From NCBI GenBank assembly GCA_965153455.1, contig OZ234493.1, forward strand, positions 35,330,213 to 35,394,212: DNA of 64,000 bases, given 5' to 3'. The stretch's first letter is position 1, and every line of letters starts with the position of its first letter. This stretch comes from Sphagnum compactum. Lineage: Eukaryota. Both the position numbers and the translations under genes were made by a program. Of the stretch, positions 38,566 through 52,442 are shown one piece after another. The notes under the pieces were generated by a model. The model saw only the letters and a program-made list of their open reading frames with translations. It had not been told where the DNA came from and did not search any database.

Positions 38566-41500
38566 TCTTGGAGACTTGGGAATGTTTTTCATTTTGATGC
38601 AATCCCCATTACCATTCATAGATTACATTATATGAAGGAAAACAATGAGCCCTTCCCAAGCCACTCAGTTGTGGTCAATCATGTGATTGTGCTCCAATGA
38701 TTTAATTGGTGCACCATTTTGGTTCCAATTTAAAGAATCACCCTCGCTTGATTTGTGAATATTGATTTCATCTTATATTCACATTTGTGAATCCATGTTA
38801 ATCCCATCTTACAACTCCCATCCCCTTTTTTTTCTTGGGAGTTAATGAACACACCTTAGGTTTGAATTTTGTTGCAAAATTGAGAATCAATGTGTTATTT
38901 ACCCTTGATACCACTTGATAAACCTAAAGGTTTGTCAACCCATCACAATATAGTAACACTAAAAAATGCAAGTTTTGTAGATTTTAAAGTGGCTTCTTTT
39001 GTGTAAATCCTCCTTCCATTCTAGTGAGTAAAATCCTTAATTGGATTGGGGTTCAACTTCCTTGGACAAGATCCCTAGAACCTTTTGTAGAGATCCTCCA
39101 AGTAATGTGGCAATGTGGAGCACATTGTTTGTTTGTTTTCAATCCTAATGTGAATGTTATAATCTATGCAACATATAGATGTAAATTAAAGTTGAATTAC
39201 AAAACATTTATTTGTTGAATTAATGTGAATGGATAACTACTAACAATTGCATGTGTATGGATTGAGTTTGTGAACACTCTTGTTGAAAGGAAATTGGTGC
39301 ATCCATTGAGTGCACCCTGCATACAATCATGGCTCCAATATGTTTTTCCTAGTTTCAAATCTATAATTCTAACCTTAGCATAGATTTACAGTTTGACCCT
39401 TTTTCTGCACCTTTATGCATTTTCACACTAATAGGGGAAAAATGGCAACTTTGGGTATAATGGATTAGTGTTTGATTTGAAGGCTATTATTTCTTTAAAA
39501 ATTATTTCCTTTGATGTGAAGGAGGTCTTGACTTTTCATGTGAAATCTTGAGAGATGTTGAAAAGTCATGTTATGATGGCTTTAATTCAAAGGGCGGTTA
39601 TTTTTTATTTTTCGAATGACATGCAAAAAAATATAATCTGCAACTTTATATAAATATAAGTCACTTCAATGTAAATAGGGTGCCAAGAATTGGATCATGA
39701 AAATTTACTTTAAATGTTTGCAATTTTAATAAAATATTCATGTAATATTTATCATTACAACGAATCCTATCTATACTAACCTATGTGTTTGTGCTTGTGT
39801 CCAAATCAACAATTTTTACGACTATCATTTCGACTATCCTATATGGCGACAGGGTAAAAAACATTTATAGTCACTTATTCAACTACAATTCACAGTTTTA
39901 AGTTATAGATGCAACTATGACTTGTAATTATTATTGGTTTTGATCAAAATGAAGATGACATTATAAAAACCATGTTTGTGAAAACATCACATCCCTACAA
40001 TTAAGTGTTTGGTGTATCTAATGTGCAACTATGTTACATTTTGTTCCATGGAAATATAAAATGTTTAAAAATAAAATGACATTTTAAAAATTCACAAGTT
40101 TTATGATAGTCGCACATTAACTGCAAAATGAACCCCTATATAGTTTAAATGCACCTTGTATATACAATTGTGGTCAACATATTTTGATTTTGTGGGTAAG
40201 TTGCATAAGAAAATTGTTGAAAGCATTTACTTTACAATTAGCATATCACATTGATGCATATAGTCGTGCTATATAATGCATTACTTCTATAGCTACCAGC
40301 ATGGCAAAGATTAGTTAAAATATCCAACTTTTTACAACTAATCATCAATTATATTGTTCTTTGTGATACAACTAGTTATGCGACTTGGTTCTCATTGTAT
40401 AAAGACCATTGTTCCACTATTATAGGACTATGATTCAATTGTGGTATGATAAACCATTAACTTTATTACAACTTTGAATAAATATCACATCACCCACAAA
40501 CTACATAATTAATTAGTTCAAATTGTAGTTCTAAAGTGTGAGTGAATCATAATCTTGTACATGCATGATGTAGATCCTTTAAAATAAGCCTCATTTAAAA
40601 AACCTAAACTATGAGAAGTGTGTTTGCCTAGATTAAACATTTGCCATGCAATTAAACGTCCTTTGCAATTTATTTACAACTAAATTTCATCTAGCCATGC
40701 AAATTTGAAATTTGTGTGAGATGCAAGGGCATGTGACACATAGTTGTAACTCTTAATAGATCTTGGGATTTACAAATACAATTATTATGCACTTGTACCC
40801 AATATTGAAAACAATATAAAACATGAATAAAAAAATGGTTGTTCTTTTTAAGTTAAGCCTTGTTAGTTTCTTATGAAACAACTAGGAGACATGTTGTTTT
40901 GTGCATAAGCATATTATGTTGCTAGGTTGTTAGTTTTTATGCAATTAAACGAATTTTTGATTATAAACTTTGATGGTGTAAGTCTCAAAACGTTTAAGCT
41001 CAATAGACTTTTATATTAAAACAACAAATTAAAGGTGAAGGTAAGTTTACATCTACATGTGAGGAAATCAAAACCAATGTACTCCAATTTTGTTTATGAC
41101 ATCTTATTTTGAATTTAAACAGTTGTTTGTAAATGTAAAGCTTGTAGTTTAATCATTATATGGCTAGTGTATTGTTTATATTGCATTTCAATAATAAGTT
41201 AATGGTGATATTGTATGTATGTTGCTTGTTAGTTGCATTATAATCACAAAAAACTCTTATTTAAATTTAAAATATGAACATTAAAATATTTTTCATATTA
41301 TAATGAGGTTATTTTTATAATACAAATGTGCAAACATCATTCCACATTTGGCAACTATTGAAATATAATCCACCTTTTGAATAGAAACAAGGTAGACTTC
41401 CTAACATTAATACATCTAGCAATAAATATCATATTGGATAGAATATTTGATAACAATAGTTTTAACTTGTTTAACTTAGCATTAAATATGTAAATAAAAT

Positions 41501-41639
41501 ACATACCATTGGAAAGGACCATGGATCACCAAAAATGTTCATATGTTCATACTATATTCTTCAATATTGAATATTAATACATACAATTATATTATTGGAA
41601 CAAGTTTTTTGTCATTATTTATGCATTGACTTATGTAAT

Positions 41640-42239
41640 GGGTCCGAGCATGGTAAATTAGACCACAGATGTACCTTGCAACATAAATGAAAAATAGTCA
41701 TCAAGTATGCTTTGATATGTTGAACTTTAAAATATTGTTTAGTTCAAGGATTAATATGAAAAATTTCTTCAACTTTGTTAACACTTTAATTAAAAACTAC
41801 ATGTTTAAAATAGGTTTAAATAGATTCATAAGAATTCAAGCAAAGCTCATAGTCTACTTATAGCCTTTAAATAGATTGTAAATAGACGAAATATTACATT
41901 AAATGTTTTTTTGAATTAATGGGGCCCTAAAAATGTACTCGTGGTTTTCCATCTTTTTCGCATTCTAATAAAAATATATCTAGCTTGTAGGGTAAAAATA
42001 GGTTTGAAAAAAAATTTACTAGTCAATTTCAAACCTACTTGTACCTACTTTTATTATACTAATTTTTTAAAATTTTTATATTCAACTTACCATAAACCCA
42101 ATGGAAGCATAGATGTATTCAAAATGAAAGATAAAAAATTTTCAATTTACTTTCTTGTGTTTTTGTAAAAAATTGTCATATTTTTAAAAGGGATTTTATG
42201 TGGACATACTTTTTGGTCTAATTTACCATGCTTGGACCT
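41640..42239. mobile_element. MITE with 25-bp TIRs and an apparent 4-bp TSD (TAAT)
   Basis: GGTCCGAGCATGGTAAATTAGACCA (41641-41665) vs TGGTCTAATTTACCATGCTTGGACC (42214-42238), one mismatch. TAAT at 41636-41639 and 42240-42243. Confidence 0.85.
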
Positions 42240-45200
42240 TAATGTAGGGTGAAAGTATGGTGTGGAGGACCAATTTTGGCAAATGTAAAATTCACACATG
42301 ATTACACAAAAAATTTAATCCCTAATTTGTTAACCCTCTCACAATTCCAAGCCTTGGCATTACATTCATATTTGAAAGTCCATAATTTCTTCTTAAATGA
42401 TTCAATCACATTGATCTATATTTCATTTGTTTCATATGTAAATCTATTATAATGGTTAATATCAAAATGGACTTTTGCTTTCACTTAATTCATTTGTTTA
42501 TTTTCTCAACTATAGTTGTGTTTAATCTATATTTATATGTGTTGAATATTAAAAGTTATCCAATGATTCATTTGTAAATTATGACACATTTCATATCTAT
42601 CATTGAAATGAGTACAAACTTCTAGAAGCTTGACTAAATCATGTAACTAATGTTATGTGGGTTTTCCTTTTGGTTTTTGGAATGACATATATAAGCACAA
42701 ATTACTAGTTCAATTTACATCAAACAAAATAACATAAGGGCAAACCCATCATTAGTTGGTACCATTAGGATCCACCCAAAGGAATGGCTAATTAAGGAAT
42801 TAAAATTGATCAAATAACATTCCAAGGCCTTTTTTCCCAAATGTATTCACAACTATAAATTATTTTTTTCTTCATGTTGATCCACTACATGCAAAAGTAC
42901 ATGGCCTTAAGTTCTCATTAGAATAAAAAATGTGGAAATCACTATAATTTGGTATTCCTGGTTATCATGACCCTTTTAGGAATCACACTCTTGAACTTTG
43001 GGAATTCATAACAACATTATGTTTATTCTACCTAATAAAAAAATCAAATATAATACCATCGAAAGTACCTTAGAAAATTATCCGTCAAAACAAATTTGAA
43101 AACATATATCAAACTTGTGTTTGTAATAGAAAGTTCAAAGGAAAAGAAACACATTACAATCTTGATTTTTTTATAAAAATGATACGATTAGGAAAGTCAA
43201 AAAAAATAATGTCGATATATCATTAAAGTTTCAATTTCTATACAAGTTGATCAATGTATTCACCAATAGATTCTAATGAAAATATCTTCATTTAAATATT
43301 TCCTATATTAAATTTTTTTTTGATGAGTCCATGAAAATGAAGGACATGTGATGTTCCTAGTGGTACCACCCCAAGATAGGTTTTTCTACAAATACAATGC
43401 AATTTAAAAGATTCAATTTCCTAAATTGCATTGTGTTTGTAGGCAAACCCATCCTCTTCAACTACCTTGCACAATCAATGAGGTCATGGAGGAACATGAT
43501 TTCTTTGTATATGAAATCATATTCCTACATGGACCATTGATTGTGCAAGACTTGGTGAAAAAAATATAATGTTCACTTAAATTGTGATAGGGCACATTAA
43601 TATCAAAACTTGTTGACACATCCTTAAGTTCTTCCTGAGGCTTGAGATATGAACCCCCAAATGACAACAATAGAAAGAAAAAAGAGGAAAAAGGAAAAAT
43701 TCAAAAGTACATTCTTTAACTATTTGCACTAATGGGCAATTGGTTGAATTTGAATTGTCTGATTTCAAGACATAAATGGCTTTTATGTGAATTTTTTTGA
43801 TTTAATGCATTAAACACCAATAATGGTTTTCGTGTATTTAAAAATGTGGTGGAAGCAAATTATGCAAGTAAAAAACAAGTCCTCTTTGCAACTTACTAAC
43901 TCAAAGATGAGGACAAGGTATTAATTGAAAAATATGCAAAAGATCCCCATAATGAACAAAAGGTGAATCACCTTTTAGATCTACCATTTTTTTAGTTTTT
44001 TAATTAACAACACAAAGAAAGTTTAATATGCATTATGTATAGGTTTAATACTTATTTGTCCTATTCCCAAAAACTCTCGGTATAACAAATCTTTGTGTAT
44101 CATCTTCATAAGGTTGATTTATGAAAGGAAGTATACTAATCTTGTGAGGTATTTTGTTGATGATTTGTGGTTGAAGTGTATGAGGAATTCTTGCACACCT
44201 TCCACATGAAAATATGCACTAACAAACTCACTTGGGGGTGGAACTACTATGTAGTTGTATTTTAACAAGTTAAGATGGTTCAATGTAATGTAATGAAGTT
44301 CACTAAGAATCTAATGCGTTGTGTTCACTTGAAAGATACCAAAACATTGTGGGAGAATCAAAACTCACCATGATGGAATGTGAAGGAACATTATGTTGAT
44401 ATTAAATCCATGTTCACGCTTGATGGTTGACTCATTTTCATTCCATTCGTCACAATATCCTCATACAACCTCCTAGTCTAACATGCATTGCATTTTCGAA
44501 AAAGCTAATTTTAAAAGGAGCAATGTTACAAAGTATTAGAAGTTTTTATTTTTGAAATCAAGAGTTATGCCTCGAAACAAAAAATTAATTTGACCAAATT
44601 TGAGAAAACAAACAGATAATTTCAACCCTTTCTACTTCCGGCAAGTGTAGCCTCCATGCAGCAAACCTAATGATGCTGAAATTTTGGGAGAACTTTTTAC
44701 ACCCCCTAAACTAAAACTTTTTAAAGTTTGAGACAAATCCAATGGTGGATTTGAGAGGAAAAACTATTTAAAATAAGAATCCAGAAGCTTGTTCATGGAA
44801 ATCCTTTCATGAACCCCACTAGAACTATTTGCTACACACAACTTCCTTACATGCTCTTTTGTTTGCAGACATTTTTTTTCCATGAATAACACTTTCTCAC
44901 ACATAAGAACTAATTCTTCTCTCACACACTCATTCTCTTCATTTTTCCCCCGGAAAAAAAACACACAAGATACCACTCTCTTTGGTAAGCCTCCCATGAC
45001 CCGTCCTTGAGCTTGTTCTCCTTGTTCAATGGAAGTTTGGAATTCCTTCCCTCGAATCAATGGCCTCCTCATCTTTCATGCATCAATGAAAATCGAGAAT
45101 GATTTTTCTCTCCTATGGAATTTAGGATGAGAATCCTTATGCCCAATGAAACACTAAAAAAGTTCTATTTTCCAATTAAATAAGATGATAATCCTCATGA

Positions 45201-45255
45201 TCAATGGAATTGGAGGACTCATTATTTTCCTTATCTTGGACATCTTGACAATGTT

Positions 45256-46402
45256 CTTGAGCTCAAACATTGTCAATTTCGTCCGTTTGACTTAACATCC
45301 TATTTTTTCATCCTAACTATTTTAAGTAACTAACTATTGGGATAATTTATCGGTAGTAATAAATAACCATCCTTGAGTTCCCATTTGATTAAATCAACTC
45401 AACGGTAGTAATAACCTTCTCGTGCACCATTTACTCTTTTAATATTCTCTAGTTATTCCTTATCGTGTACTAAATAATTATGTAGTACATAATAAATTAG
45501 AATTAAATATGGAATTACAAGGATTCCCATGTACTTTTAGATCCATCGTCGATAGTAAGGCTTCACGAATTCGTTGGAACTAAGATGTCCGAGTTTTCAC
45601 GAAGTTTTGCCGTCACTGTCACGCCTTACACCTACCCTAATATCTTGAATAAAGGCAACGGCCCCCTTAGAATGCAAGTGCCAAATTGTTTCGGCTACCC
45701 ATCGATTTTTGTTGATGTAGGTGAAAATTTAGTCATGGTGAATGATGTTGCTACGCCCTCGAATCCTCCAGTTGACCAGTAGAAAAGGAAGAGCTTGAAG
45801 AAGCACCGTTTGACGAAGCACCGCTTGACGTGAATGTCTCTCAATGATCGCGAAAAGAAGAACCGTCCAGAAGAGTGGTGTGCATTTGAGACGATCGTTC
45901 GGCATGGGATCGTTGATTGTCTCCTAACCCATATGCCTTAGCAATCTATTTAGAATTTGTTCTTACTCGTGGAACTGCGCCAGAAAGGTTTGAAGAGTGT
46001 CAATGTGAAGATAATGATGTTCGTCTTCATTATTGAACTTGGGTTCCTGGTGATGGCCATTATCATTGGCTACGAGGCCCAATCAACCCCCTTTCCATGG
46101 AGCATCGAGTCAAATACCTAGCTCGCACCATTCATCGCATTCTGGATTTTTTGTAATTGTGATCTATCCACTTTAAGTCGTTTTACTAAGTTGTAATTCA
46201 CCTGAGGTTACTTAGGTGAAAATGTTAATACTTGAGTTTGGTTTTAATTTTATTTAACAATATGATAGAAGTGAAAACTAAATAAGGATGTATTAGGATT
46301 GCATCCTAGAAATCTTACAAGTACATCATTAGTGCTTGAAGATTATTTTACAGACTAATTTAATATTGTCATGGCGAAATGTTAATGTTAATTATGGGCT
46401 TG
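45256..46402 (+). repeat. ~1.1-kb dispersed repeat, copy 2, containing a decayed orphan ORF (45585-46162)
   Basis: Collinear with 4732-5865. Translation MSEFSRSF...QVPNCFGYPSIFVDVGENLVM matches copy 1's ...IFVDVGEDLVM. Confidence 0.88.
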
Positions 46403-49400
46403 TATTCCCAATATATCAGTAAAATCACATTTAATTCTACATCCCTTTTCACCTCTCTGCAACCTAAAAGGATAATGCATTTTAAAAGGTTTACTAGGTC
46501 CTAAAACTAACTAAGCGTTACATCATCTTCAATAAAGAAGTTCTCTACGCTTGGAAATATCCAACGGCTAATTCAACTATTAATAATTATTACTTGGAAG
46601 TTTATAAGGATTCAAATCATTATTACTAAGGAAAGCTATGGAATTAAAGCTTAACAATTTGTTTAATTATAATCCATGGCTCACAAAGTGGTTTTGCTCA
46701 ACTTCTTTCAACTCATCAAATTAATTGCCCCTTTTATATACAAATATGAGGACATCAAAATAACAATACTTTCCATCAATATATTGAGGACGCACAATGA
46801 ATTGTTTACACATTAAAGAAGGGAACATTACCAATAAGAATGATTCCAACAACACACAAGGATATTCCAATGTCACTTGAATGGACCTTGGAAGGATGTG
46901 CATTAATATTTGTTAATCGAGGAGTTCACAATATTTTCTAACTTTCAAAATTGATTAAAAGTTTTCTTTACAATCTCATAGATATATAAACATGCACATG
47001 TTTGTTTGCAAGTTGATGTAGTCTTCACATATCATGTTGATAAACAAAATTGCACAAACATTAGGTAATGTGTGTGAAGTATAAACCTTATTCTGCAAAA
47101 AAATTGGAATTTTTTTCTTCTATGTGTGTTACATGACAAGTTGTTGAAGTCCATGTCTTTGGAAATTGACTCAAAAGGGGTTAATTGCAGCATGGTTAAA
47201 GAGAGCCTGTTGCAACGAAACACATTGAATCCAAAAATTTGAATGTTAGAGGCCCATGCACATATGCATTTGTGAAACATAATCATTGAGGACAATGTTG
47301 ATGTGGCAATTCATTTAATGTTTGAGTTATTTATCTCCACTCCAAAATTTGGTGTACTAAAAACTTTGCAAAAGGTAAGAGATAGGTCCACTATCTTTAG
47401 GCTCAATCAATTGGGTGATTTAATTATCATGACAATATAAAAGGTACAATTGAAATTGCATTGTAATACCTCGTGAAATGGATATAAAGGAAAAAATGTG
47501 CAAGGAAAATGTTTTTATCTGAGGCGACATAAATGTTTTGGTTCAAATTTCAATTGGTGGTTTTAAATGAAAAATAGTTTATTGATGAATAATTCTTCTT
47601 TACAAAGTAAGAGGCAAGGAGATAATGTTGTGATGTGTTTGTTTTTCAATCTTATAACACAACTTCCATCACACCTTGTGCATAAGTTGCATCCTTCTAG
47701 TTATGATTTTCATGGGTGTTTCACAATTTCCCTCACACATGAATTCATATCATGAACATTTTCATGGCTTGAATCTCCATTTAGGTTGCACAAACATTCT
47801 CATAATGTGAACATCCTTGTTACCAAAATTATTTATACTTGAATTTTATTTTATATCTCACATTTCACATAACTGAACGTGTTATGACCAAACGTGATAC
47901 ATGTTGTAAAACATACTTGTCACCTATTTCAATCAACATAGGGTGGAAAGTGACAATGGCATTCCAACAAACACTGAAGAAAAAATGTTTGTAGGTATGG
48001 TATTCAAAATGATTTCTGAACTGAAAAATCCAATTTTGAATACCATATTTACCACTAGTAATCGGTAATTTTTGCTTAAATATTCAATAATTGAAAATGG
48101 GTTAACATCCCAAATTTGAATATTATAGCACATTTCCCATTCTAGTGGAAATTAAATTATCTTGAATAATTTATTGTTTTCAAAATTAACTACTCACAAT
48201 GTCAAAAGTTTTAAAATTAGTTCGACATGACTATTAACTACTTAACTTAAAGCTTGGTCATGCAATGTGCTTAAGTAGCAAATTTATTTGAAATTTTTTC
48301 CCACTTCAAATGTAAAATGTTTAGGATATTTTTATTTTCACTATCAAAGTGAAAAAAAATCATAAAGAAGATGCTAGAATGGTAAAAGTACTATGATATT
48401 TCAAAATTTTGGCAAATGAAAATAAGTACGGAAGGTTCAATTTGTTATTTGCACTTCCATAGTGCTAAATCAATGACCTAGGGACTATGAATTGATTCAA
48501 GTTTAAAGATCAATCCTTGATAAATTGAGTAGGGTTAGTTCAAGAATTTTTTAATTTGCCATTAAAATGAAAATTATTTAACACCAAACATCATTTGCTA
48601 AACAAGTATATAATGCATAATTACAAAATATGATTAACATTTCTAGAGGGACACCTCCTTGTTAATTAATGTTTGATATCACATGTCACAAAGGAGTAAT
48701 TGTTTGGGACATCCATAATACATGATACCTTTATATGACTTAATTACTTAGTTATGCATATTTAAAATACCTTACATTTTCTTGTAATTAATTAACTTAA
48801 GTGATTTTTAAACCTCTAATCTATTTCAAATTAATATTTAGGCTAGAATTTTAACACACTCTAATTAGTGTTAGGGCAAGAACCCAATTTGCTTTAAAAT
48901 TGAAAAAAAAACCATAAATTTTTTTATTTGAATAATTAGCCTTGGTTAATTTTAACCAATATTCATAAATGTATATGGGACTTTCATTTGGTCTCATGCA
49001 CTTTGAAATACACCCATTGTGCGGCTTGCATGTTTATGCATAGGGTGGGGGGACATTCCCAAAGTGTGAGGTTGGATTTTGCTATCACCTAGTCTTCGTC
49101 CTTTATTTTAAAAATGCCCCCACCTTGGGGTTTTGCCCTACACATAATGCAAATGTTTGCATCAATTTTACATACAATTAAAAGAAATGTTTTGCCATAT
49201 GCTATACATAAAATCATTTTGTGTGTGTAACCCACTTCTGCAAATGTCCATGCATGTGTTCTTGGCATTTAAAACTATCAACTAAGGCACAAAGTAAACA
49301 CCAAATGGGCAAACATTAAACAAGTGTAATGAATCAAACGAAGCTTAGTATTTGACACACAAAAATGAAGTTTGCATGCATACAAGATGCATGCTAAATG

Positions 49401-51270
49401 GGTGCAATCACATTACATGAGCCAAAATAGTTGTAACCAATGCATAATTTTTCATGTTTTAGTGTAAATAATTGTATTAACGTTGCAAAACATTCAAAAG
49501 AACTCATGAAAATGTTTTTGATATATTATGAAAACAAGTGGTTTAATTTGGAATGAATATAATAAGGATAGACTATTCAGAAACATTCATTAAACATTAT
49601 AACTAATGTTTTAAAGCATTATAAAAAAAACTATTTTGGGGGAGATTCTTCAAAGATGACATATTTTAAAAGCCGTTGTTTAAACATACATTTATGTGAT
49701 ATTGTATTGCATCCTCATTGGGTTAGATCTGATTTTTTTTCAAATAAAATATTTGAAGCACATATTTTGGGAATAAGAAATACCCAAGGAGGCAAGTTTG
49801 GTTCATGTTATCTTGTTTGCACCCAAGTAATGGAATTCAATTCTTACTTAGGTTCTTAAATAAGGTTTTACCAACTTCTTATGAAACTACATATATATAT
49901 ACTTACAATCTAATCACATTCACTTACAAACATGCACTATTCTTGTAGGTACTAATTGTTGTAATACAAATCTACAAGTTTTTTGCCTAGTACCAAAACA
50001 AAATCAATACGTGTCCACATCCAATTTCCTATTTTAAATTCCAAGAACATGGATTTTTTTTAAAAATTAATAAAAGGGTGTTCATGAGTAAGAAAGAGAA
50101 GGAGTCCAAAATCTTTGAGGCAAAACATAATACAAATTAAGTAAGTCACAAATACCTTAAGGAAACTAACTATTACATCCTTATACTACATTGCCCTATT
50201 ACATCCCCTATATAATGCCTAGCAAGAAATATCTTCAAAATTTTCCTTGTCCTTCAATTATAATGATTGTGTTAACTATGGCTAGGATATTACATATTTG
50301 TAAGAAAAATGGTATGGCACAGCGTTGATCGCCTCCATTTCAAGTGGGACGTTTTGAGGTCAAATACATTTACCATGAATATCTTTGTCATAGATGACTT
50401 CCATCCGGGAAGAAGGAGAGTCATTTTTAGGAATTGGTTGTCCCTTGGGGAAATACACAATCATTAATTTCCATGGGGAACACAAACATTTGTCTTTATC
50501 CATAGGGAACATGGTTGTGTATCTTGAGACTAATGTGTATTTTGAGGACTAGTTTTGTGTTGAAGACTAACATGTTTAGTGCTTGCCCATCAAGGGCACT
50601 TGCCATTGGCCTTTAAAAGAAAACATTTGTATCAAATAATACCCAAGTTCATGTCAATGGATAACGTATTCATTTTTTGGTTGATAACTAAGAAATTCGA
50701 TCTTTATGTAGATATTTCAAAACATGGGTACCAATTTGAATTTCACTTAAAACAATTTATTTGGAACTAAGGAATCAAAATGGATGTTAGCAAGAAAAAC
50801 TAAATCTTATCCTTGAAATTGGGAGGGAGAGGAAGTAGAATGTAAGAACTTGATACATTCACCCACAACATCGACTAGGAAGTTGGCTTGAATATGTTAG
50901 TTATTGGCACTCATGTCAAATGCACAAGTTAACATACAGGAACTGATTATATGGGAGTGCCCAACTTATGAGTTATGGGACACAAAAGAAGGCCAGTTAC
51001 GGGGTTATGTCAATCAACAACCAATAACATGCAAAAGGAAATAAGAAGGTACACAAATGTCAAAAGGCAACAAGATAAGTGATATAACTAAGGAGCTCTT
51101 GTCTAATGGTGCATTTCCATGTAAATGAAATGTTCCCTATAATCGGATATGTTTGCCAGTTGCACTTGCAAAAGTGTAAAAAATGAGAATGAAAAATTTG
51201 AACAATCAATTATGTGAGCATAATGGTAGAAATGTATTAGAACAGGACAAACTAAATTGTCATTTAATAT

Positions 51271-51305
<35 letters not shown>

Positions 51306-52442
51306 GAAAGCTTGTTATATTCCTACAATATCAAAACATACTAAATTTCAATTTATTGTAGTTGAAACAAAATGGCAATTTATGATTGTTTGGTTTTGAC
51401 AAAGCTTTGATTGAAAGAAAAAGGTTCCCCAATGAATGCAAGAGATTTGCAATCACAAAAGCACAAAGATTTGAAAAAGAATAAATTACCCAACACTATA
51501 GTTAGTTTTTATAGTCCCTAGTCTTATTAGAGGAAAAGTTTAGAATACAATGGAGTGACTTATTCGAGCGACTGCGATTCATGATTCATTGGAGTCTATT
51601 TGGGTAGAATAACTTTAAGTTTCATAAGTTGTCTTTTTGAATGATAGTTTCAAACAAAAATTTGTTTAGTTGATTCCAAAGTAAAGGGGATTGAAAATGT
51701 GCCTTTTTCAAATTTGTGTCTTTTCAGAGACTTTTTTTTCCCAACATCATAGACATGACTTGCAAATAGATTTTCAATACTTCCATATCAAATTGCATAC
51801 CATTTCTTTTGAATTAAATTGAAATTGACTTCAATATTTCCACAAAATCAATTCAATTTTTTTCATTAGTTGATTGTCACTCATGTTGCACGACAACACG
51901 GCGCCCAAGTAATTAGTATATAATATGGTGTGATCCACATTGATAAGTTGGGGGTGCATTCCAAGTCCTTAATATATGTATATATATATATATATTCTTG
52001 GGCAATGAGTCTCTTTGATTGGCCCATCACCAAAAAGTTCTAAAACTTTGGAGACTCCCCAATATAAAAGCTTTCACTCCAAAACATAGAAACACATAAG
52101 TCCCAATATTTGCCCACCTACCTACGTAGGTTCCTAGAGGATAGTGTGGGGCAAAGCATATGAGACAAAGTGAGGTGCTATGGGGAACATGTCGGGGACA
52201 GATTGGGAACAACAAAAATCCAACAAACCCTTCCCCCCCTTCCCACCCACACCAAGAAGGAAAAAAAAACATTTGGGTGTGTTGGGTGCGTGCGTGCTAC
52301 AATTCCTCATTGGCTAAGCACAAATTAGATTCGCTCAGCTAATGGCAGAGACATGGATTGTGGGGGGTCACCCTTAAACCCTAAACCCTACCTCAAATTC
52401 TTGGAGGTGCCTTGGAAGGAGGAGAAGAAGAAGAAGAAGAAG

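Noticed and set aside
46700..48200. Possible transposase remnants (hAT/PIF/MULE-like fragments)
   Set aside because: Only vague short peptide resemblances with many stops; a family cannot be assigned by eye.
52376..52390. Telomere-like AAACCCTAAACCCT (similar motifs at ~3931, ~8827, ~55715, ~56796)
   Set aside because: One or two units only. This is consistent with common interstitial telo-box motifs, not a telomeric array.
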